A stretch of DNA of 64,000 nt from the human T2T-CHM13v2.0 reference genome, Homo sapiens (GCF_009914755.1 NC_060942.1); one strand, 5' to 3'. Numbered from the stretch's first letter, positions 41,100 to 55,299 are shown. Notes: generated from the sequence alone by a model not told the origin. Translations and numbers: made by a program.

Positions 41100-42640
41100 C
41101 TTGATATATTTTCTATATGACTCTTTTGACAGATCTGTTTAATGAAAATGCCTTCTCTCATTCTGTGCCTTGCACTTTTAATCTCTTAAAGATGCCCCTG
41201 GATTAATAGAAGTTTTTTTTAATTTAATGAAGTTCAACTTAACATTTTTTTCTGAAGTTGTATTAGATTTTATAGTGTAAATTTTAAAATAACGTATTTG
41301 CTTACTACAAGTCACAAATATATTTTCCTGTATTACCGTATTATTTTGTATTGTCTTTTACACTTAGGCCAATGACCTATTTGGAATTGACTTTTGTATA
41401 TTCTGTGAGGAAAGGGTCCAGATTTATTTTTACACATATAGATATCCAGTTGATTCTGTAATATTCGTGGATATAAACAAAGACCACCAAATAAGAATAT
41501 ATATATATATCAAGAACTTCTATGAATTAAAGAAAAGGCAAGGTGATAAGATTGAGCAAAAGACACCAGCAACCAGCAAAAATTATAAAAGAGGATTTTA
41601 AAATGTAATAAGTTTATAAAAAAGTGCTAGACATCATTACCCACCAGGGAAATGCAAATCAAAACCAAGGAGAAATGCTACTACACACCCACTACAATGG
41701 CTAACATTTAAAAATAATTTAAAAATCTAACAATATTATTTTTTTGAAATGGATTTGGAGCACCTTGAACACCTACAATACTGGCAGGAATACAAATTGG
41801 TAAAGCATTTTTGAAAACTACTGGTATTTATGAATAGTATTGAACATCTGCATACTCTTATGAACAACTTCTAGCTATGCCCCCAACAGAAATGAGGGTG
41901 TGGGAAAACAGTCTGTTGCATGGCATGAGTGATGCCATCTTGAAGCAAAACCACAATGATGACTGATGTTTGACCCCCACATACCAAGGTGATCAGGAAT
42001 AAGGTCTTTAAACCATGCCTGCAGTATAGACTACCCCTCACAAAGATGCTTAGCTAACCTTTCCAGTGAAAGTGGATTTCTTGGCCTCTTTCTTCAGCTT
42101 CTCAACTCCCTCAGTCTTTGGAGGTAGGTTTGCACAAACCTGCTTATCATGGAACAGAGTATAAATGTATTGCATAAGACAGGTACAATAAAATTCATAG
42201 CAGTTTCATTCAGAAAAGGAAAAAAACTGGAGGTGGGGGAAGAGGGGTGGTGTGTTAAAGAAACATCAGTGGAAGAACAAATATAGTGTGATATATTAAT
42301 ACAGTGAAATAATATACAGTGATTAAAAATGACTAGCATGGTATATATAACAACAAAATGGTTATATCTCACAGATAGTTAATAAAAGCAAGATGTATAC
42401 ATACATCTGATTTTATTTACATAAAGCTCAAGAATGAGTATAACAAAAACTAATCCAGTACAAATGAAGAGAAAAATAGTAGTGAAGAAGAAATACTGAA
42501 GGAGATATCTAGTGTGCTGGAAATCTTCAACAGCTTGATATGGATTCTGCTTACACAGGTGACTAGATTTGCACAAATTAATTGAGCTGCACGCTTGAAG
42601 TTTCTTCAGTTTACGTGTATAATGACTAATATATGCTAAG
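41100..42640. mobile_element. Old L1M fragments: minus strand about 41100-41460, plus strand about 41470-42640
   Basis: TATTTGGAATTGACTTTTGTATA...GATATCCAGTT on minus; GGGAAATGCAAATCAAAACC and 3'UTR motifs on plus. Confidence 0.7.
41899..42156 (+). mobile_element. LTR47-like solo LTR with central deletion, nested in L1
   Basis: TGTGGGAAAACAG..GTTGCATGGC..GCCATCTTGAAGC and terminal GGTAGGTTTGCA...GGAACA match the recalled LTR47 consensus. Confidence 0.7.
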
Positions 42641-43316
42641 AATAAAAGGCTAGACAATCGGAATATTTTTACACTGGTGATGGCTTCAGAAGTCTGGTGA
42701 CAATAGAAGGGCTGGGAGTTGAGCAGAAACCCCATTTTTAGTGGGCCTGTGGTGATAATGGTGCCAGGAAAGGGTTAGCAGTATTGAGGTCAAGACTATT
42801 CTTGTACCATCATGTGCCTGTGTTTTTTCCTGTATAGACTTCTTTAGTTCTTGCTGGTCCTCCAGAATCCCCTTTGATTCTATGAGCTATTTAATATCTC
42901 ATAATTTCTTTTCTGCCTAAACTTCTAAGAGTTTATTTCTGTTCCTTGCAACAAAATATCTCAATGAAACATGTATCAAAAATGAAATATTGCAAATTAC
43001 TAGCCCCAAAATATTCAATGGGCTAGCCAGAGAATATAAAATGTAGGAGAGAGAAAATCTCAATATTCCAGTCTGGGATATTTTAAATATTTACTATTTG
43101 ATAGCATAAACAATGTTTGACTCAGAGCTTTTATGTAGTAGAAGTACATACCAAGCACAACTATCGCCTAGGAAAAAGGAGCAGTATAATGGAATTCTTG
43201 TCAGTTTCAGAAAGAAACAAAGGTTTAAGCTTAGTGTGATGTTGGCCATTTTGAAAACAGAGAAAAAAAGAAAAAGAAAAAGAAAACATCATTGTTAATA
43301 GAGAGCCACTTATATT

Positions 43317-43950
43317 GTAAGATCTAACATTTTTGACATCTTCAATCCTTAGAAGGTCCCAAAGGCCTAAATGAGAGTTCTCCTGCTCTAGTCAGATGTG
43401 TCCCCAGTCACTGGGAAAAGCTCCCCACTCATCTAGTTCCCCGATCTATCCGATCCACTGCATTCCAGCCAGTCCTCAACCTAATGGGTTTCACCTCCCT
43501 GCCAGACCTAAAAATCAGTCAATCAAGCCAATCACATCCTCCCATGGGAATGAGGGGCAGCTCACTTTCTTGTTTCTACAAAGCCTGCCTCCCACACCCC
43601 CTTCTGTTTCACTCTGCTCCCAAATGCAGCCCCTATGTGCCCTGCATGGGCAAAGTATAAGTACTTGGCTGACCCCAGAAGTGCAAAGCTGACTGTAAAG
43701 CTCACCTTCTTTCCATATCCTAATGTTGGAAGAAGGCTGAAATGGTGAATAATTCATCTTGCAGTGATAAAGAAGGTGGCCTTGTTGGTAAGGGCTTTGT
43801 GATGCCCTCTGTGCCCTGCATGGACAAAGCATGTGTGTCCTCCGCTCCCAGGCTGTAGGGTTACGTGACTAATAAACTTTTGCCAGTCTCATTTGACCAT
43901 TATCATGTGTCACGTGTACTGCTATCTTGTACCATTTAGTGGGGGCCTCA
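43317..43950 (+). mobile_element. ERVL-class LTR (MER54/MER88/LTR53 group) carrying a templated insertion
   Basis: GTCCTCAACCTAATGGGTTTCAC..AAGCCAATCACATCCTCCC..CTACAAAGCCTGCCTCCCAC..GTGACTAATAAAC; exact subfamily uncertain. Confidence 0.7.
43657..43805 (-). repeat. 149-bp inverted copy of 47433-47581
   Basis: Manual alignment gives 146/149 identity without gaps. Confidence 0.97.
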
Positions 43951-44229
43951 TTCTACGACTACAAACAGGACAGCTGAACTCCTCATGAAGATGCAGTCTG
44001 GGGACAAGAGGAAATTATCAGTATCTCTGAACCAGAATCTGTCATTGTGAATCACCTAAAGGCAGAGGTCATCATTGTTATAAACACCTTTAAAGTAAGG
44101 GCCTTGGAGATGGGCAGAACTTGGAAGTCTTTCACTAAGAGACAAAGATTCCCAGACATGAAAACTCTCTTGATCTATGGCTCTAGCTAAAAGCTCAGTG
44201 CCCTAAAGCCAATCAGCGCCTCTACCAGT

Positions 44230-44480
44230 CCGTTTGGTGTGAAGATATGAAGTCTGAAACTGCTACAGCCACTCTGCCATTATGAAAGTAACCTAACATT
44301 AGAGAAGACAAAGCAAAAAGACCAGAAGTAACTGTCTCCTTGGCACCTTTGAGCTACTGAATCAAGCAAATTCTGAAGCCAGCTTTATCCCTGGCCTTCC
44401 CACTTATGTGATACCATAAATCCCCTTTCTTATTTAAGTCAATTTGAATATTTTTTTCTATAACTTTTTGCTGCAGATAT
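44230..44480 (+). mobile_element. MLT1 (MaLR) LTR fragment
   Basis: CTGAATCAAGC...CTGAAGCCAG...ATAAATCCCCTTT...TTTAAGTCAATTTGA are MLT1 3' motifs. Confidence 0.6.
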
Positions 44481-44792
44481 AAGCCTTCTGGTCAAAGAAC
44501 CATAAGCAATAGTTTTCTAAACTATTTTTAAAAGTTTATAATTATTATGATATTCCTAGATACCTTAAGATTTAAACCTATACCTCTAAAATAATCAATT
44601 ATTGGTGGTTTTCATAGAAAGTCTCACAGCTGCAAGATAGGTAAAACACTAAAGAGACTCAGGAATGGCAGTAACAGTAATGGTAGAACGTCAGGAAAAT
44701 AATGGAGACAGTTAAGGCCTGGAAGAAGTCCAGAAGAATGGTACTTATGCACCATAAAAGTAAGATAAAAATGTTCAAAAATGAGCCCATTG

Positions 44793-45581
44793 TGATATGG
44801 GAGCGGGGAAGGGAAGTGTTGGGTAGAGAAAGGTGGGTCTCTGGCTAGAACTCCACCCTCGGGCCTGTGCCTATGGACCTAGCTGAGGAAAGGCACTCTT
44901 GCCTTTGTAACCAAATGTTTCATTTCCCAAGACCACCCTGGCCTGCCATGCCCCTGTCCTGTGCCTATAAAAACCCCCGAGACCCGAGCAGGTGGACACA
45001 CAGGCAACTGGATGTCGAGTGGAGCACATCAGCGAGGAATACACAAGCGGCTGGTCGTGGAGAGGAACACACCGACAAGTACCGGCATGTGGCAGGCCAA
45101 CGACCGGCAGAACTATGCAGAGTTTGGCTGGGGCAGCCCAAGGAGAGCCCAGGCCACTGAGTGGCCCGACTGCAAGGGAAACCTTCCCATTCCATCCCCT
45201 TCTGACTTTCCCCATCTGCTGGAAGCTACCTCTACTCAATAAAACCTTGCACTCATTCTCCAAACCCAGATGTGATCTGATTCTTCCGATACACCAAGGC
45301 AAGAACCCAGGATACAGACAGCCCTCTGTCCTTGTGACAAAGTAGAGGGTCTAACTGAGTTGGTTAACACAAGCTGCCTATAGACAGCTAAACTAAAAGA
45401 GCACCTTGTAACACACGCCCACTGAAGCTTCAGCTGTAAACATTCACCCCTAGACACTGCCGTGGGGCTCCCTGCCCATCTGTATGCTTCCCTAGAGGTT
45501 TGAGCAGCGGGGCACTGAAGAAGCGAGCCACACCCCCATCGCACACCCTGCCAGGGTAACAAGGGAACTTTTACCGTCTCA
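44793..45581 (+). mobile_element. LTR1-family solo LTR (ERV1)
   Basis: TGATATGGGAG...GGGAAGTGTTGGGTAGAG...CTCCACCCTCGGGCCTGTGCC...CCTATAAAAACCCC...AATAAA...CCGTCTCA; relatively CpG-rich. Confidence 0.85.
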
Positions 45582-46149
45582 CATGTAGGTAGGAAAAACT
45601 TGCAGGCATATGTCAGGAAGTAGACTAGAAATCTTTTCAAGAGAACCAGATGGATTCAGAAAGGCTTAGCTATGTTATACTCTGTGAATCTTGGTCAATG
45701 TTTCTCAAATTTAATTAAAACCTATTAAGTGGGGGAGAGACCCTTATTCAGAAGGAAGGCAAGGAAGGAAAAAAATCATTAGCAGTAATTATGTTCTTTG
45801 AAATTGAAAATCCACCCTTCCACTTCATTGTTATTTCCATTCTCCAGTTTGTGCCTCACCCTATCCCATTTCCAACTTAGCATTCTTTCTATATCCGTAA
45901 CATTCTGACATGGACTCAGAGAATCACAGCGTGTGTCCCATCCCATCCTACTGGTAGGATGAGTGAATTTGTATACATTGTATAAAATGAGTGAATTGGT
46001 ATACATTTCATATATATGGCTTGCTTGAACAATGTGAGATACACCCAGGGGAAAAAAAAACACAAACGCTAAAGGAAGGCAACCAGATCCGAAAATGCTT
46101 GTGCATAGAGCTACAAGAGTTGCATCAAAAGATTGGGGTGAGTGGCTGG

Positions 46150-46652
46150 GCCCCAATTCTGATCATTGTTCTCAGGGCTTCCCATCACCTACAGAATAAA
46201 ATCAAATTCTGTGCACAACACACTAACATGGACATTCAACCTACCTAACTAGCCCACTCTATGGCCATTTATTTTCCTTATACTAGACACTCAGGCAAGG
46301 ATGAAATACACATACTACCTATAATACACCCCTCCTCATTGTCTGAAAACATTATGTTGTTGTTTTGTTTGTTATACATTTCTATCTAAATTTTACCACC
46401 AAAATGCACTTACATGTAACAGTTTTAGTAAAACTTTCCCTGGTATATGCAGACAGCCCTAAATATCACAGCATTCCCCCAATTATTTTTGTATTGCAGC
46501 ACAATATTTTTGAGTTTCAACTGCTTGCTTATATCCCTGGCCTATGGACAGGAAAGATGTCTTATTTATATTGATTTCTATGGTATCTACATGGTGCTTT
46601 GCACATGTTATACCCAAAATAAATATTTGTGGCATAAACGAATGAATGAATG
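46150..46652 (+). mobile_element. L2 3' fragment
   Basis: CTACAGAATAAAATCAAATT...AATAAATATTTGTGGCATAAACGAATGAATGAATGA tail. Confidence 0.65.
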
Positions 46653-49600
46653 ATGCCAGGAAGGCCAGCCTTATGAATTGGTAGCAAAATGTATTGGTTA
46701 GCTTTACGTGCACTATAAAATGCTTCTGAAACACAAATAATGTTCCTATATAGATACAGGAAGTTAAGTGTCAGAATAATTATTTTCTTAGTTTAAATGA
46801 AGACTTTAACTTTTGTTACATATAAATGTTTCTTGAAAAGGTCCCTCTTTCTTGTGTTTCCAGGCTATTCTAGATTCATCATGATAACAACTAAAGTCCT
46901 CTCCTGAGTTTACTTCCTCTTCCCTGACTCCCTTTGATCCAAATATGCTGCCATTAATCAAGGCCTGTGCTCAGGGTTGATGCTGTTGACTAGCTACACT
47001 TTTGTAATAAGTTTCTGATAAATTACTGAAAGTTTTTTTAGTGATGGGTACACATACACCCCTGAAAGAGAAAGGAGGGGGATTGAAAAAATTGGGGGAA
47101 CTGAAATCACAAATTTCAGGTACACTGAAGGCTAATGTACTTGTATAGAAAAGCTTATTAATGGTGGTTTCCCTGGTCCACAATAAATCATGGTAGTTTA
47201 ACTGGCTAGCTAGATGATGGAAATAAAGAAATTCCACACAGAGAACCTTGCATTTGGGATATAATCAATATCCCCAATGACATAATATCAGACCTTAAAA
47301 AAATGACCCAAGTTACTCCAGTTGAACCTTCGCACTTTGACCTCCATTAGTTTCTTTTGTTTGCTTCCGAAGTGGAATAGACACACAGTAAAACCGCTTG
47401 ATAGGTTTCCATGCAGAGAATGGACGGTGATAGCATCACAAAGCCCTTACCAACAAGGCCACCTTCCTTATCACTGCAAGATGAATTATTCACCATTTCA
47501 GCCTTCTTTCAACATTGGGATATGGAAAGAAGGTGAGCTTTACAGTCAGCTTTGCACTTCTGGGGTCAGCCAAGTACTTATCTTCAGAGCAGCAGAGGAA
47601 CATTAATTTTCCAAGGTCCTCTACTTGATCCTACTGCAATGGAAATCCAACTAGAACCTTATCATCCTAGGAGATCAGCCTTGGAGCTATAAGAGAATGA
47701 ACTCATCTTGAAAAGAATGATCTCAGGTAGGGAAAGGGAAGAATTTTATTGCCATGAATTTGCAGTTTCAGATATGAAATCCGCCTTTAATTTCTGTGTA
47801 TCATTTTTACCTTTTAATTGGGACTTTTATCTTTCCCCAGCACTTCAGAAAATAGTAAGTTCAAGGTTTCTCAGTTTCTCTGACTTCATTACCCTAGGAT
47901 GCTAGTAAGCCCTTAGCCATTCCACTTCACCTCCACTATAGGGTGTATTCAAGGTCCAATGATAAAATTGGCCATATCTGTCTCTCATCTTCCTCTTTGT
48001 ACTCTTGTTTCACAATTTGGGAGATTCCTTTGTTGGGGCAATTAGTCTGTTAATTTATACCACAAAAAAAATAGATTCTCTGCCTTGTCCTAACCACTCC
48101 CACAGAAAACTGACATGTTATCTTAGAATTTCACAAACACGTCTGAGCTCTTTCTAAATACATCAGGTCAATGTCAGAGATGGGGGTTGTATCCAAATAC
48201 TGAAAAGAAAAAGTGGGAGGAGGAAAGAAGAGGAGAAGGAGAATGCATATGAATCTAATTCTATGTATTTTTTTGTAAAAACTAAACTTGAATTAAATAG
48301 CTTTTTCAAGTCACCTTGACCTTATCATGGTCTTAATATGAAATAAAAAGGAATAACTTCAGTCATCCTTTAATATGGGAAGCAATCACATTCATAAAAG
48401 GGCTGACACTGAGCGTGCTTAGGCATTTTTCTTGCTTTCCAACCTCTTGCAGTGCATGACAAAAACAACAATGTGATATTTTATTGAGCATTTACTATGT
48501 GCCAGGCTCCAACAATACCCAAGTATTAATACTTAGAGTTCCCAGTGATTCTTTTTCTCACACTTACATGATTTTTGTACATCCAGTTTCCTCTCTCTAG
48601 AATATGCTTTCCCACTTTTCTTCCTGGGATATTCCTATCCTTTCTTAAAAACTTAGCAAATCAACACATACTTTATAATATTGACCCTCTTAGGCAGACA
48701 ACAATGCATTTTCCTCTATTAAATTCATTATCTACTGCTATTGTATTATAATCGATAGTGCCACTTTTCTGGCTACAAGATTGACTTTATCCCCAAGACC
48801 AAACACATCATAAGGTAAATGAAAAACATTAAATGAATATTTGTTGAATTAGTAGTCTGATGCATGAATCAATTAATGAATAAATCTGCACCAATATATT
48901 CTGCACTGTTCTGTTCCAATAAATTACTGCACACAAAGGGGAAAACATTAGGTTCCAGACATAATTTCCAAAGCAGGTAATATCCTTTATATTTTGAGAA
49001 GCTCTTGCAAAGACATCCTGCGTTATCTGAATTACAATTTAATATTGATAGTGACAATAATGTTTTTATTGGAAATTTCAAGAATGCTGATATCAATGAC
49101 TTTGGGTATCAAATACAAAAAATGAAGTAGGATGATGAAGGTTGTTCAAACAGACATGCACCCTGCCACCACACTGAACTGAGACCACGTGTTTCTCCTT
49201 CATACTGCACAACATCTTATTACTTCTGTTTCCCACTGACTCCCACCTCTCTCACTCGATAGGGAATTTTCTTTGTTATTTTCACAGGATCTATCAGATA
49301 TTGTTGGAAATGACACTGTAAGTAAATTAAGTACAGGATAGTATGGGCTGATGAAGTACTGTAATTTAATTTTATTGCATCAGTGGCAACAGTAAAATAA
49401 ATGCACAGCATAACATGCTGAGATAGTCTATTGATCTTTTCAGTTAATATTGGATGAAAACTCCTAACAAAACATAAAATTACAATATTGTTAGAAAATA
49501 TATTATTTTTAGCTTTTAATACTACAACAAATTTAGAAGCGTAATTGTTTCATTTTACACACATCTAATATATATGTAGATGGCCAAGAACTGAATTCAC

Positions 49601-52297
49601 ACCTGATCAGATCGTATATAATAATAATATATTTATTCCAAGGTTACTTATTATGTTACCTCCAGGGGTAGTCAGACTAAGAGTAGGATAGGGGCCTTAA
49701 ACATTTACAGTCAAGCAAAAGGATGTCACAAAATCCAGGTACCCAAAGGAACCTCATAGGCCTCCCTCAAAGATAAAGTATATCCTTCTAAGAGCCATAC
49801 TGAACTTATCATCTTGATTATCTGTTTAACATAGTATACAAAAAAAAGTGAGTTGGATATTAGAGAGAATTATAAGGGAAAGACAGAATTTCCATAATGA
49901 CAAATGGTGGTTACTTTCTTGAAAGCAGAAAGCATGCTTCAGAAAACATGGTCAAAAAGAAACAAAATGAGCAAAGAAGTCTGACGCCTTTCAATGCAGA
50001 GAGGATTGTTTCATGTACCTTAACAACAGTTTTGGACTTTTTTGAAGTGTAGTTTGCCTAGGAAATAACTGATCACAATTCTATTTTTATGGGGAGTCAA
50101 AATTGTTTTCAAATGTTTCAAATTTGACCTGAAAATACATCACAACTAGTAATTGATTCTGTTTTCTGTTCTAGTGGTCTTTCACTCCATATTGAAATCA
50201 CTTTTGCTATTTGACATTTTTTGATTAAATTTAACCAATATATGTTCAGTGCCTACTATGTGCCAGGTGCTGTGATAAGCACTTAAAGAGAGGGAGAGAT
50301 GAACAGTATATGATTATTATTATTAATAATTAAAAATTTTAGTGAATCACTTCAATTTAAAACTTGGAAATATCTGCCATACCCCTTTTGGGGACATAAG
50401 AAGAACTAAGGTTATTATAAATCTGAGATGAGGGGATTCAGAATATATCATTACAGAAATAGTGTTGATAACCCTCTAAATCTGTGTATTCTTTATTCAT
50501 GTGCAAGTTTTCTCATTCTACTTCATATTAATTCTCACAATAAGCCTATAAGCAAAGAAATAGTAATATTCACTCCATTCAGCAGATAAGAATACCTCAA
50601 ATCAAAGTGGTTATTTCAAGTTTTAACCTCAGACAGTTAGAGGGAGACTCTAGAATAATATAACATACATATATAATAATATCCTGCAAACAACTACAGT
50701 GCCTCCTTCAGAGGATTTTTACTTCTGACCATACACCAGGCAGTCTGCATTAGAGAAAACACTTTCTCTTGGATGTATAGAAGAGAACCCTAGAGGTCTG
50801 AACACAGGAAGGCATAGAGAGGCCAAAGGAGCTTATTTGATTTCCATCATCCTCCTCACTGTTCTTCCTTACCCTCTCAGATGGTAAGGAATTATATTTT
50901 ATATATTTATATATATATATGTATAATTTATATAATATAAAATACTCACATGCCCAGAGGAAAAATAGTGAGCCAATATTCTTCTTTGCAACTGGCATAA
51001 ATCTTAATTCATTCTACACATGTGATGAATACAACTTGCATTGCCTCTTCTGTAAAGGTGCTTTCATTCCAGTAGTACAGGTGGTTTCAACCACATACAT
51101 AAGGCTCCTGGTGGGGAGGATAAAAACACATATATTAACCATATATCAATATGAAAAAAAATTTAAAAGGTTTAAGGAAGAAACAGCAGATTTAAAGTAC
51201 TTTAATTTTTCAAGATCTTCTAAGAGGAAATATGGAAAAGCTTCTAGGTGTTTAGGGAAAAAAACCCAGGAAAAATTTAAAAGACCAGAAAGAAGTAATG
51301 GTTTTCTAACAGTACATTTTAAATGCTCTCCTTTTTAAAATATCTGAAGGAATTATTCTGTATGTGCAACCAAATATACAATAATATACAATTCCCTTGG
51401 GCATTCATTTTATTTCACTACCTTAGCAGCCAATCATGAAAGCAAGCCGACTCTGGCTTTTATTTTTTTCATTCCAAACAGAAGAAAGCAAGCTTCATGA
51501 GAATGCAGTGTAATTGGAGAGAAAAATAACTGCAGTATAAGAGAGGGGTTGAAGGGAAAGAGAAGAGGGCTAGAAGAAAAGGGCTTAGCAACTCAGAATG
51601 TGGCAAAAATCATTGCACCTGGAAAGAAGGGCATCGGCTAGCTATATCATTGCAAATCTCTGAGAAAAAAACCTTTACTCAGTCATCTTTGGATTGCTTC
51701 CAGGTGCTACTGATATATTTTGAATTTAATAGATCAAGGTTAAATATATGCTTGGATGCTGACTTCAGGGTATCTTCCTTCTGATAAAATCAGAAACTAT
51801 TATTGCTAATTGTCTACTGAATTTCCTAGACGCCCAGGAATGAAAGACCTTAGTAGTCATCTAATTCCACTATACACCATTTTTCAGTAGTTCTATTCTT
51901 TCTGACTTTTAGCAGAGTGAAAGGGAAGGAATCCAAGACTTACAAACAGGTGGTGAAAATATGAGTCTCAGCTCCATCTCTGGCAAGCTATATGACCTCT
52001 GCCAGGTTATTGAATCAGGCTGGGGCTCGTTTCATTTAAACTAAGGAAAGGATTACATTCTAAATATGCTTGTAAAATGTAATAAACTTAATATCTTTTG
52101 AAAATATTCACTTCAATAGTCCTTATAATTGATCCTGGTCAAAAATAAAACAAGAAAACAATTATTCAAGTATTTATATGTTCTTTCACATTCCAATGGA
52201 AACCTCATAACACCTACCCAAGCTCCATATCTAAATATGTAACACAAATATTAACACACTTTAAATAAATATATATACACCTATAAATATCACAATA

Positions 52298-52576
<279 letters not shown>

Positions 52577-53024
52577 TTATGAAACCACAATTCTATCTAG
52601 AACAAAAACATAGCATTGACTTATTGACTCTATGTTGTGGTTCTTCTTCAGTATAAATTACTACTTGACATTGCTTTACTAAGAAAGCAAAGACCCATAT
52701 ACCACCTCATACATCAATTCACAGTATCACACCTACTACATGGAAATAATTTGGGACTCTTTTCATTTGCTTTACCCTTTCAAGTAATTCATTTATGTCA
52801 GAATAATAAACTTATTTGTGGATATTTAGTTGTTTTCTTCATTTATAAAATGTTGAGAATTAAGATGTCTTTGTGGCTAGCCATTTTACAATAAATATGG
52901 GAGACATCTTCCTGTGTCATGGTTTTCCTTCCGAGGTTACTTAATGATACTGAGTGTGAATGAGACAATTATTTTGCTAGATGATGGCTTCTTTCTAGCC
53001 ATTAAGTAATATCATATAAAATAT

Positions 53025-53260
53025 AATAATCATAGCTTTATTTGATTTTTTTCTAAGTACTTTACATGTACCAAGGCCTTTAATCCCCACAGCAATCTGG
53101 GGAGATAGCTACTATTGTTATCACTATTTTGATAATGAGGAAACTAAGACAGAGAGAAGATAAGTAACCGGCTAAAGGCAAAGTAGTTAGTAAGTGAAAA
53201 TGCCAGGATACAGACCCAGGCATTTAAGCCCACGGTCCATGTCTTAGTCACTATTGTGTA
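53025..53260 (-). mobile_element. MIR SINE
   Basis: TTTAATCCCCACAGCAATC...ATGAGGAAACTAAGACAGAGAG..TAAGTAAC core. Confidence 0.85.
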
Positions 53261-53831
53261 AGTTGAGAGTAACAGAATATACATTTTCAACTCCCTTAAT
53301 AACTGTTTCAGAGTGAAACATAAACATATTTTTTCTTAGTGATGGTTTTATTTTTAAGGCAGTGAAGATTATGTTACAAGGCAAACCACTCTTTTCATTT
53401 CTAGCATGGAAAAGCTCAAGCTAAGTTGTGAGGATAAGGAAGTGTCATCATCCTTCAATTACAAACGTGGATAGAAGCTTTGATATAACTAACTAATGAT
53501 TAAATGGAAAGAGAGAGTTTTCCATTCCTTATTGATTTTATCCTCTGTAATACTGGAGATTAAAAATTGTAATCATTTGAGAATATACTTGGTTTCTCTG
53601 ATACAAATACTTCTACAAAGGTGTACATTTAATGCCACCAAATTTATTTCACTTCCAATCACCCCCTAACTGAGTGACAACAGGCTACTAAGAGCTATGT
53701 CAGGTAAGTAATTTTTCTTGAGCTTTTATGTTGAGTTCTGTATGTAACCAAATATCTGCTTTTGAAGGAAAATAAAATTATGGAACTGAATAAAGCAGCA
53801 AGTTTTCTGCTCTAGTATGCAGGCTCTAAGC

Positions 53832-54128
53832 TTTTTTTTTTTTTTTTAGACGGAGGCTTGCTCTGTCACCCAAGCTGAAGTGCAGTGTCATGATCTCAGC
53901 TCACAGCAATCTCTGCCTCTGGGTTCAAGCGATTCTCCTGTCTCAGCCTCTCCAGCAGTTGGGACTACAGGCGCCAACCACCATGCCCCCCTAATTTTGT
54001 AGTACTTTTATTAGAGACGGCGTTTCACCATGTTGCCCAGGCTGGTCTCAAACTCCTGACCTCAGGTAATCTGCCCGCCTCGGCCTCCCAAAGTGCTGGG
54101 ATTACAGGCATGAGCCACTGTGCCCAGC
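53832..54128 (-). mobile_element. AluSx-like
   Basis: TSD GCAGGCTCTAAGCTTTTT on both sides. Confidence 0.93.
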
Positions 54129-54990
54129 AGGCTCTAAGCTTTTTAAGGAAAGATGTTTTGTTTTACTCATTTTTGCAATCATAGCACCTACCTCTGTCTC
54201 ATGTGCAGAACTTGGTCCTACAAACATGCCCATTAAATTGTGTGAGGTGATTAAAAATAATTGTTCAAATAAAACACACTCAAAATGCTAAAATTTTAAG
54301 AATATAGGCCAATGAGTCTCTAAGAGATAACACACACATATATTCACTACCAAGTTTAAGAAACAAAATTCCCCAATATCAGAGAAGCTCTCCTCCTGCC
54401 CTTCTCAATCGCTGCCTTCCGTTTTCCAAAAAAAGAAAACCATGACCTGACTTCTAACAGAGTAGAATACTTTTGCCTGATTTTCAACTGTATGTGAATG
54501 AAGTGTTACAACATGCACTCTCTAAGGTCTAGTTTCTTTCACTCACTACAATGTTTGCAAAATTCATCCACAGCATTGCTCGTAGCTGCAGCACATTTTG
54601 TCTGTAGTATATGACACCATTGGTGAGTAAGACACTTTTTCTTTTAATCCCTGCTACTGTTAATGGACATTTGAGTAGCTTCCAGCTTTGGGCTCTCATA
54701 AAAAATATTGCTGTGCATATCATTTATCCTTCTTGAGGCCTAGACATGAATGTATTTCTGTTGGGTAGATACCTAGGCTTAGAAATGCTATTGTATTGAG
54801 TAAGCATTTATTCAGGTTAGTAGATAATTTTGGATAGATTCCAAAAATGGTTGTGCAAGTTTGCATTTTCTCCAGAAGTATATTATAGTTCTGGTGGTCC
54901 CATGTCCTTACCAGTTGTCAGTCTTTTAAATTGTAGTCATTGTGTGAGTTTGTGATGGCATGTTATTATGGCTTAATTTACTTTTTCATC

Positions 54991-55299
<309 letters not shown>

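Noticed and set aside
44867-45640. Cluster of overlapping ORFs
   Set aside because: GC-rich LTR1 sequence with few stops; no gag/pol/env similarity.
43515-47606. Near-identical peptides in ORFs 43515-43832(-) and 47322-47606(+) suggesting paralogous genes
   Set aside because: Similarity is confined to the 149-bp templated copy and reflects DNA duplication, not protein homology.
53701-53709. Perfect donor CAG|GTAAGT
   Set aside because: No convincing paired acceptor; an isolated 9-mer is not enough to call an exon.
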